NCBI GenBank assembly: GCA_964401335.1
Contig: CAYNYK010000003.1
Coordinates: forward strand, 6,222 to 70,221
Length of the DNA: 64,000 nt
Direction of reading: 5' to 3'
Origin: an uncultured Planctomycetales bacterium
GTDB lineage: Bacteria > Planctomycetota > Phycisphaerae > UBA1845 > PWPN01
Shown here: positions 50,618 to 57,503 of the stretch, piece by piece
How positions within the stretch are numbered: position 1 is the first letter of the stretch
How the letters are laid out: each line of letters opens with the position of its first letter
The notes under the pieces: generated by a model
Told to the model about the DNA's origin: nothing
Database searches by the model: none
The model's input: the letters and a program-made list of their open reading frames with translations, nothing else
Program-made: the position numbers and the translations under genes

Positions 50618-50766
50618 GCATCCGAAGTTCAGGGGCAGGGTGGCATGGGCAGGCCCTGGTCACGCCATAGCGGGACAAGGGTTTGCCCGTGCTTTTGAGT
50701 TCGCGCAGCAGAGCGCGCATATTCCCAAGTAAGTCGAAATTCCCCGTGCCATCTTTCTTCGGATGC
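50618..50766 (+). repeat. Structured repeat, full-length copy B1 (three nested helices)
   Basis: The outer helix is GCATCCGAAG/CTTCGGATGC and the second helix is GGTGGCATG/CGTGCCATC. The inner hairpin is GGCAGGCCCTGGTC...GACAAGGGTTTGCC. The copy starts about 24 nt after the redoxin stop. Confidence 0.8.
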
Positions 50767-50798
50767 ATCGATACGCAAGGATTTCGGTCATAAAATTT

Positions 50799-50827
50799 TT
50801 GCACAGTTCGGTCGGTTCATGGATAAT
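50799..50827 (+). promoter_or_regulatory. Promoter-like element inside repeat unit 1
   Basis: TTGCAC, a 17-nt spacer, then GATAAT. The predicted start falls at the first bases of the second repeat core (GGCAGGGTGGCATGGG). Confidence 0.45.
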
Positions 50828-50996
50828 ACCGGCAGGGTGGCATGGGCAGGCCCTGGTCACGCCATAGCGGGACAAGGGTTTGCCCGTGCTTTTGAGTTCG
50901 CGCAGCAGAGCGCGCATATTCCCAAGTAAGTCGAAATTCCCCGTGCCATCTTTCTTCGGATGCATCGATACGCAAGGATTTCGGTCATAAAAATTT

Positions 50997-51025
50997 TTGC
51001 ACAGTTCGGTCGGTTCATGGATAAT
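50997..51025 (+). promoter_or_regulatory. Promoter-like element inside repeat unit 2, upstream of the 51065 gene
   Basis: The same TTGCAC-17-GATAAT element, 40 nt before ATG 51065. Confidence 0.5.
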
Positions 51026-51064
51026 ACCCCTCAGGCCGGTACGCCGGTATCTGATGGATAGTCC

Positions 51065-52072
51065 ATGAACCGATCCGTAATTTCATGTTTACGATCTGGG
51101 GTTAGGCTGACGCTCGGCGTGATGACGGGTCTTTGTGCCATCGTCGGCTGTCCGCCCACGGACTCCTCGACGCTCGACCGCAAACCGGCAGCCACACGAC
51201 CGTCCTACGTTTATCCGGATACGCCGCCGGTGGTGGACCGCCAGTCGCTCGACGCTTTTCTGGTTCAGTTAGGCGGCGACCTGACGGTTATCTGGGTCAT
51301 CGGAGATAGCGCCGACGAGGGCGGGGCGACGGCGGCCGCTCTGGCCGAAGCCCGCGACGAATTGAAAGCGCACAACTGCCCGATGGTTGCGCTCTATACC
51401 GGCCCGGCCCGCCAATGGTGGCCTCAGGTCGTCCCCATGCTCCAGGCGGCCGGGGCCAATTATCCATGCGCGGTGGTCGCCCCGCCGGCGTTTTCGGGAA
51501 TGGCCGCCTGGCTGGCCGGAAACACACGCCATCGGCAGCCGGGTATATATGTGGTGGATCGGCTGGAACGGGTGATCGGGCGGTTCGGCGCAAAGCCCAA
51601 GGAAGTGCGGGCCATGGTCGGCCAGGTGACGAGCGGGGAACTGGTCAAAAATCTCCAGAACCAGTCCATGCTTTGCGTGCGTTTGCGATTGATTCAATTG
51701 GCCGGGGGAGAGATCACGGCCAGCGCGGTCTCCAACGCCGCCGACGTGAATACGGTGGCCCAGGATTTGGCCCGCCAACTGACAACCAGCAAACCGCTGG
51801 GCACGGTAGCCATGCTACCCTTGCGGAATATCGGAGAGCCCACGCCGGCCGAACAGGAACAGAACCAAATGATCTGCGAAAGACTCCACGAGCGGCTGGA
51901 GGCCCACGGCTGGGCCTCGCTGGTCAGCACGGAGGCCGCCGCCCGAGTCCTGGCCGAACTAAACCTGACCCCCGTGGCCATCGAATTCGACCCGTCTCGG
52001 CTGACTCCCCATGTAACCTGGTACGGGATCCTGGTCGGGTCGGTGGAACACCGGTCCCTTATGAGGGAATGA
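51065..52072 (+). CDS. Lipoprotein of unknown function
   Basis: The signal has the lipobox-like LCAIVGC. The 335-aa body gives no recognised motif. Its coding frame is preferred over the overlapping 538-aa track ORF. Confidence 0.65.
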   Translation: MNRSVISCLRSGVRLTLGVMTGLCAIVGCPPTDSSTLDRKPAATRPSYVYPDTPPVVDRQSLDAFLVQLGGDLTVIWVIGDSADEGGATAAALAEARDELKAHNCPMVALYTGPARQWWPQVVPMLQAAGANYPCAVVAPPAFSGMAAWLAGNTRHRQPGIYVVDRLERVIGRFGAKPKEVRAMVGQVTSGELVKNLQNQSMLCVRLRLIQLAGGEITASAVSNAADVNTVAQDLARQLTTSKPLGTVAMLPLRNIGEPTPAEQEQNQMICERLHERLEAHGWASLVSTEAAARVLAELNLTPVAIEFDPSRLTPHVTWYGILVGSVEHRSLMRE

Positions 52073-52138
52073 CGGTTTCTCGCCCCCAGGCCGCCGGACT
52101 CTGCCGCAGCCACGTTTTTCTGGGCCCAGTCACCCGAC

Positions 52139-52293
52139 GGGTGCAGCCGAGGTTTAAGGGCAGGGTGGCATGGGCAGGCCCTTGTCACGCCGCGGCGAGA
52201 CAAGGGTTTGCCCGTGCTTATAAGACCGCCGAGCATATCGCGAATATTCCAGGCAAGTCGGATTCCCTGTGCCACCTTTCCTCGGATGCCTCC
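52139..52293 (+). mobile_element. Structured repeat copy C, flanked by a 9-bp direct repeat (MITE-like insertion)
   Basis: It has the same three helices as B1, with compensatory changes. TCACCCGAC occurs at 52130-52138 and again at 52294-52302, directly bracketing the 155-bp element. Confidence 0.7.
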
Positions 52294-52344
52294 TCACCCG
52301 ACACCCGCCTTGATCGCAGTTTTTTCTTGCCAGAACCGCGAAAG

Positions 52345-53031
52345 ATGGATAAATTGATGGCCTTTGAAAGGTGTAACCCTATGCAGGAAAAATCGACCCG
52401 CAAGATTTATAATATCTGGGCCCATTTTTATGATCTCCTCTGGCCCGCCATCGTGCATCGCCGCACGACCAAGGCGATCGCCCACATGAACATTCGTCCC
52501 GGCGAAAGCGTACTGGATGTGGGGGTGGGGACAGGGTTGGCGTTGAGCAGTTATCCTCCCCACGCCCGCGTAATCGGGATCGATCTGAGCGAGGGCATGC
52601 TTCGCCGGGCCCGAGAACGGACGATCAAATACAACATGGATTGGGTGAATCTGGTGCTGGGTAATGCGCTGGAATTACCTTTCGAGGAAAACACCTTTGA
52701 TCACGTGCTGCTCAGCCACGTGGTCACCGTGGTCAGTGATCCGGTGCGGTTGATCGAGGAAACCCGGCGGGTGACGCGGCCGGGCGGGCAGATCGTGATC
52801 ATCAATCATTTCCAGTCGGCCAACCGCGTAATGGCCCGGCTGGAGAAATGGCTTTGTCCTCTGTGCCAACATCTGGGCTGGCGCAGCGACTTGAACCTGC
52901 ACGATCTGATTCGCGAGACGAATTTAGAAGTGGACTATCGTTACAAACTGGACCAGGTGGATTTGTTCCAGACGGTTTTTGCGACCAACCGACCGGCCAA
53001 GCCGGCAGCCCAGGCGATGGTCGCCGCCTGA
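52345..53031 (+). CDS. Class I SAM-dependent methyltransferase
   Basis: Motif I is VLDVGVGTGLAL, followed by IGIDLSEGML and FDHVLLSHVV. The start is ambiguous (ATG at 52345, 52357 or 52381), and the 5' part of the 538-aa track ORF is rejected. Confidence 0.8.
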   Translation: MDKLMAFERCNPMQEKSTRKIYNIWAHFYDLLWPAIVHRRTTKAIAHMNIRPGESVLDVGVGTGLALSSYPPHARVIGIDLSEGMLRRARERTIKYNMDWVNLVLGNALELPFEENTFDHVLLSHVVTVVSDPVRLIEETRRVTRPGGQIVIINHFQSANRVMARLEKWLCPLCQHLGWRSDLNLHDLIRETNLEVDYRYKLDQVDLFQTVFATNRPAKPAAQAMVAA

Positions 53032-53071
53032 TAGCCGCGAGACGGGGGTTTTGTTGGATAACTTAACGGCC

Positions 53072-53527
53072 ATGAATAACCGCATGACGATTTTGAAGCG
53101 GGTTCGGATGTATTTCTGCGCGGCGGCGGCCGGTTTCATTCTGGCCACCAGCAGCGGGTGTTTCGCCTATAACTGGCGGTTGGACCATTCCGAATTCGGG
53201 CCGGCCGAGGCCGAGGCCCGGGAGAAGGGCAAATACCTGTTTATCTTCTACAAATCGTGGACGGACAATTCCTCCAACCGGATGCTCAGCAGCGAGGTTT
53301 TATCCGATCCCAAGGTTGAAAAGCATTTCGCCGATACCATCAACCTCCTCGTGGAAGCGGGCGGCGGGCCGCGCTACGTCGATTACATGGCCAAGTACGG
53401 GGTCACCTCCTTCCCGGCCGCCGTCATCGTCGCTCCCGACGGCAGCTACCAACGTGCCGTCGGTTTCATCCCCAAGGAACAATTCATCGAATTTGTCCAG
53501 AAAGCCAAAAGCGGTGACAAAAATTAG
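53072..53527 (+). CDS. Thioredoxin-fold lipoprotein lacking a CxxC motif
   Basis: Lipobox LATSSGC, then a thioredoxin-like layout (KYLFIFYKSWTDNSSNRMLSSEVLSDPKVEKHF...VTSFPAAVIVAPDG) with no active-site cysteines. Confidence 0.6.
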   Translation: MNNRMTILKRVRMYFCAAAAGFILATSSGCFAYNWRLDHSEFGPAEAEAREKGKYLFIFYKSWTDNSSNRMLSSEVLSDPKVEKHFADTINLLVEAGGGPRYVDYMAKYGVTSFPAAVIVAPDGSYQRAVGFIPKEQFIEFVQKAKSGDKN

Positions 53528-53790
53528 TAACTTTTTTAGCATATAAACTTCCCCTTTGCTAATGAGTAATGGAGGGTTCGCTCTATTTAGCATTGCGTTT
53601 TATTATTCATAAGCCATTTTATGGAAGATACTTATGGACGATTATACTGTTTTTTGAACCTATGCAAAATGCCTTATCATTTGAGTATAAACCATTGCAA
53701 TAAAAAAACTTATGTATTTTTTTGACCATTTGATTAAACACTTTTTCCGATTGAACCTCTTAAATAAATTGGAAAGCATAGATTTTTTTG

Positions 53791-53819
53791 TTGCATGCGG
53801 AAATACAATTGTTTATAAT
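53791..53819 (+). promoter_or_regulatory. Strong sigma-70-type promoter in an AT-rich spacer
   Basis: TTGCAT, a 17-nt spacer, then a perfect TATAAT, preceded by A/T tracts. It implies a leader of about 300 nt before the PEP-CTERM gene. Confidence 0.6.
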
Positions 53820-54126
53820 GCGCGCAGGTGTGTTCCGGATCAGGTGCATGTCCAATCCGGGCAAACGGGAAAACATTGTGCCTCCATCCAGATCGTGATG
53901 GAGCACGAAGTGTTCGTTCGGGTCGTAATGAGGTGGAATCAAGTTTGTGATGTAAGGTCACAACCCAAGTCCTTGGAGGGAAAGGAGGCATCCTATCGCG
54001 AATGAAGCATGTCGATTGTTTGCGTCTCGTTGGGTTAATGGAATCAGTTTAAGTGCCGTGTGAATTGATCACGTGGATCAGTGTCGCGACACAAGTTTTT
54101 TCTTTTGGAGGAAAAGGAGGTTTCGG

Positions 54127-55002
54127 ATGAGAAGCGGTTTAATTATTGGTGTTGTCTGCGCCATGTTTGCCAGCGTGGCGTCGGCAGCGGTGATTACTTG
54201 GAATATGGGTGTGGATCTCTCGAGCGCGAGCCAGACCTCCCCCATGACGAAGTCGGAGGATGGGTATGGGGATATCGCCGCCGGCGATTTTAATTCTCCG
54301 ATCAACGCGGGGATCAACGCAACCTCGATAGGCAGTTACGACGCCTACTCGCGGTTCGTCGACACCGGCTCGCATGGGAACGATGGGTTCACCTACCAGA
54401 ACGGCGTCAACGGGACCGTCGCTCAGACCTTTACGATCGATGCGATCCTCTGGGGTGAGAGCGCCCTCAACAGTGCGGGACGATCCGCGAGCATTCGAGT
54501 TGGAAATAATGGCGGGACTTCGTCCGGCCAGCTCGGGATTGAGCCCGGCTCAGTTTGGGGTAGTGTGCCAGGCCTTACTGATCCCGGTGGCAACTCGTTA
54601 TGGATAACGGTCCGGAACGGTAGCTTTGTTCCGTTCGGTTTCCTTTTTACACAGACCACGACCGCTTATGGCTGGCGGGCTGTTCGGCTGGTATCGCCCG
54701 GCGACGGCAGCCTTCAGTTCTGGGATTTTGTCGACGGTTCCGGTACGGGCACCTTGATAGGCACCGTTCCCAGCGGCAGCATGCCCGGAGGTGGGCAAGT
54801 GAGCGCCCTTGGTTTCAGTCTGAACAGCATCTCGGGCAGCACGGTATTGAGCAGCGGCTTCTCTTGCCTGGGCTTGGCCATGGATAACGCGCAGGCACTG
54901 GATGGCAGCGCCCCGTATATGCTCCCGGCCGTTCCGGAACCGGCCAGCTTGGTGCTGTTCGCGGTCTTCAGCGGTTTGGCCCTGCTCCGCCGTCGTAGCT
55001 AA
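54127..55002 (+). CDS. PEP-CTERM sorting-domain protein
   Basis: AAGGAGG RBS and a signal peptide. The C-terminal VPEPASLVLFAVFSGLALLRRRS gives the PEP motif, a TM helix and a basic tail. Confidence 0.9.
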   Translation: MRSGLIIGVVCAMFASVASAAVITWNMGVDLSSASQTSPMTKSEDGYGDIAAGDFNSPINAGINATSIGSYDAYSRFVDTGSHGNDGFTYQNGVNGTVAQTFTIDAILWGESALNSAGRSASIRVGNNGGTSSGQLGIEPGSVWGSVPGLTDPGGNSLWITVRNGSFVPFGFLFTQTTTAYGWRAVRLVSPGDGSLQFWDFVDGSGTGTLIGTVPSGSMPGGGQVSALGFSLNSISGSTVLSSGFSCLGLAMDNAQALDGSAPYMLPAVPEPASLVLFAVFSGLALLRRRS

Positions 55003-55058
55003 GGGGTTGAATCGCGTGTCATAGCTGTTTTGCTAAAAACAGTCTCTATCACATGGAA

Positions 55059-55098
55059 CACCGGCCGGAGTTGATTAACTTCGGCCGGTGCTTTTTTT
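55059..55098 (+). terminator. Rho-independent terminator of the PEP-CTERM gene
   Basis: CACCGGCCG-(14 nt)-CGGCCGGTG followed by a T7 run. Confidence 0.8.
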
Positions 55099-55103
55099 AC
55101 AGG

Positions 55104-55365
55104 CCGCTCTGTCGAGATTCCTGCCGCCGCTCTGTCGAGATTCCTGCCGCCGCTCTGTCGAGATTCCTATCTCGACACTGGACCGCTCTGTCGAGATTCC
55201 TATCTCGACAGTCCTGCGTCGGGATTCCTATCCCGCGTTAGAGGGGAAAGGATTCCCCTAGTGTGGGTGCGAGAAAGGATTCTCGCACCAGCATGGTAGT
55301 GTGGGTGCGAGAAAGGATTCTCGCACCAGCATGATTCTCGCACCAGCATAATCACTCAGGATTCT
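55104..55365. repeat. Array of short tandem units forming six hairpins with constant AGGA/TCCT tetraloops
   Basis: CCGCTCTGTCGAGATTCCT occurs four times (55104, 55127, 55150, 55183). A 38-bp unit occurs twice (55260-55335) plus a half unit. The hairpins lie at 55156-55177, 55189-55210, 55220-55235, 55242-55259, 55266-55289 and 55304-55327. Confidence 0.9.
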
Positions 55366-55606
55366 TGGCGTTACACAACTCCGACCCCGTGCTCCCCCGC
55401 CACGGCGGGTAGACTGCTTGGGGGTCAGATAGGCACCGCCATCAGAACCTGGAGCAGTTTACCTCGCTTGCCTCCCCCGCCACGGCGGAACTTCGCTTTA
55501 GCGGGCCTCGCCTGGGCGGGTCTCCATGGTAAAACCCGATGAGTAATCCGAGTCATGTGAACCATATCGGCGTTAGAGAGAGAATGACCGGTGCGGCAGA
55601 CCCTTG

Positions 55607-57115
55607 TTACTGGGAAACCGGGTGACGATCCGCGAGGGACAAACCTGTCGGCGTGGTGGTAGCGGCCAGTTCGCCGGCGATCTTCTCCCAGAATTCGATT
55701 TTATCACGGGCGACGGTGGATACCCGACGGCCATTGAGAAAAATCGTGGGAGGCTGCTCCACGCTCAGTCGGTGGCCCAGCTCGATATCTTCCCGCACGC
55801 GATCCCGAGCCGCCTGGCCGGCCCTGTCCTTGTTGAATTGGGCGGTGTCCAAACCCAATAGCGTGGCCACGGTGGAGTAAACGAAGTCATCAAGCTCACC
55901 GGCCCGGCCGAAAATCTCGTTACGCATACGGGTGAACATCTCCTCGCCTCCTTGCAGGCGGGCGGCTTCCGCCGCGTACGCGGCCGCGCAGGTTTCTGGC
56001 GACAAACTGACTTCCACATAAGAGTTGTATTTCTTGCAGAGCGGATAATGCTTGAACACCACGCGAATCCCTTGGCCAAACAAAGGCTCGACTTGTTCGG
56101 TCAATACCGCCTCCAAACGTCGGCAGGCCACGCAGGTCATATCACTGAAAACCAATAACTCGGCGGTTCCCCCGTTCGCCGGATCATCTCGAGGGGGTGC
56201 GATTTCCTGCTTTTGTTGCTGCCAGTATAGAGCGGTCAGAACCTCGGGCTTTTGGACAATGTCTTCCAACATGTTTTTATATGCGGCGGCCTGGACGGGC
56301 TGTTTATAGCCGATGACCGAGGTCAGGCAGACGGCCCAGGTCACAAAGGCCAGAATAAACGTGATCGCCGCCATGCGCAATGAGGGGTGTGCCGCCGCCA
56401 CGATCAAGCCCGGCGAGGCATCACGAAGGGTGGAATGCGCGGGGGCCGTCGCCTTTTGTCGGCGAGGCCAAAGCAGCAACATGAGTATGAGCAGAGTAAA
56501 GTTGATGCCGTGGATCAGGAGGCAACTCGGACACCAGGCCTTGATCACGCGGGCCATCAATAGAATGAAAGCAACGGAGCCGAGGCAGCTTACGATCACC
56601 AGCCCCAGCGGAAGCAGGTGCCAGTAGCGCCCGGCGTAATTACGGCCGACCCACTCCCAGAAACCAGGCGGTCAGAAACGTGAAATATAAGACCCCGAAA
56701 GAGGAAACCGGGATTCCGAAATAGCTGGTCGAGGACATGGCCAGGGCTTCCGATTTCCAACTGGAGTTTTGCAAAGTCGTCCTAAAACCGCCTCCTTGGG
56801 GGTGTTGACCCCCGCTGACGGGGGTAAAAACGAGGGTCAGGATATTTACCGAGGGCATTTTGCAAAACTCCAGTTCCAAGACGAACCCATCAGCCCCGAT
56901 GGTACTTCTTTTTCCGGTCTGGGTGGTAATACCGCCCAGCGGCTATTGATCACCTTATCGCAATTCGCCTCGGACCCACTGCACAGAGCATGGAGTAGTC
57001 CGCTGCCGGCCTTGCCGGTCACTTGCCGCATGGTGAGTTGGGCGCAAAAATAACCCCCCGATGCCGATAGCATCAGGCCGAAAACCACGCCTGACTGAGA
57101 CCATCTTTTCATCAT
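55607..57115 (-). pseudogene. VKOR (vitamin K epoxide reductase-like) + DsbA-like thioredoxin fusion, disrupted
   Basis: The gene is split over three track ORFs: 57115-56846, 56879-56640 and 56599-55607. The VKOR loop is LCSGSEANCDKVINSRWA, followed by YFGIPVSSFGVLYF, the TM4 string AWCPSCLLIHG, and a DsbA-like domain with FSDMTCVACRRLE. A 119-bp insertion and a 1-nt frameshift interrupt it. Confidence 0.8.
56755..56879. mobile_element. MITE-like 113-bp insertion with terminal inverted repeats and a 6-bp target duplication
   Basis: The inverted ends are CTGGAGTTTTGCAAA (56761-56775) and TTTGCAAAACTCCAG (56859-56873), or 17 bp if the adjacent AA/TT is counted. TTCCAA occurs at 56755-56760 and 56874-56879. 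An internal hairpin is ACCCCCGCTGACGGGGGT. Confidence 0.8.
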
Positions 57116-57503
57116 CGGACTCCCATAAAAAATGACACCCGTGTGCGTTGTTGATCACGGGTGACTGTGGCCTTCCCTGGCGTCGTTTACAGGTACCGCC
57201 TAAGCGGCAATTCTCCGCTCCCGAAGCAGTTCTTTCATATACGTTTTTTCCTTCCAGATCTAGACCGCCTCGGCCGGCCATGGTATGTGAAAAAAGGCCT
57301 GGGCGGATTTTGATGCATTGAGAAGGTTACATCTATGTTGCATTTTTGACACAAAAAACAGGCAGACCTTCGTTTTGCCCGAGCGGAACCCAAGTGTGCC
57401 CACGCCTGTATCCTCGGCTTATCCCGATAAGCTGGGATTATGGATTTTTTGTCCGCACACCGGACGGTTGTCAAACCGTTGCTCCCTTGTCACAATACCG
57501 GCC

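Larger units (their letters stand above)
50634..51028 (+). repeat. Near-perfect tandem duplication, 2 x ~197 bp
   Basis: Units 50634-50830 and 50831-51028 are identical by eye apart from one extra A in the second unit (CATAAAATTTTT against CATAAAAATTTTT). Confidence 0.95.

Noticed and set aside
50598-50965. Repeated minus-strand mini-ORFs sharing ...STGKPLSR(Y/R)GVTRACPCHP (also present at 52.2 kb and 14.5 kb)
   Set aside because: The shared peptide is simply the translation of the conserved hairpin. Outside the hairpin the copies diverge without regard to codon positions, and the differences preserve base pairing, so I treat this as an RNA/DNA element.
51415-52344. The 5' two-thirds of the 538-aa track ORF 51415-53031
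   Set aside because: It overlaps the 51065-52072 gene in another frame and runs through the non-coding repeat at 52139-52293. Only the last ~228 aa (from 52345) show methyltransferase motifs.
53826-54126. Assignment of the PEP-CTERM leader to a known riboswitch class, for example c-di-GMP
   Set aside because: GGGCAAAC is present, but the other conserved GEMM strings (for example GACGCAAAGCC) are not. I cannot support a class assignment by eye, so the region is kept only as an unclassified leader.
55116-55362. About ten GATTC (GANTC) words in 260 bp, possibly linked to the beta-class DPPY methyltransferase at 17.5 kb
   Set aside because: GATTC is part of the hairpin loop and closing sequence, so its multiplicity follows from the repeat. 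The methyltransferase specificity cannot be inferred from sequence here, so any link would be guesswork.
55104-55365. A possible CRISPR array
   Set aside because: The units are 23-38 bp tandem repeats with no unique spacers of regular length, and the repeats themselves differ. No cas genes are in the window.
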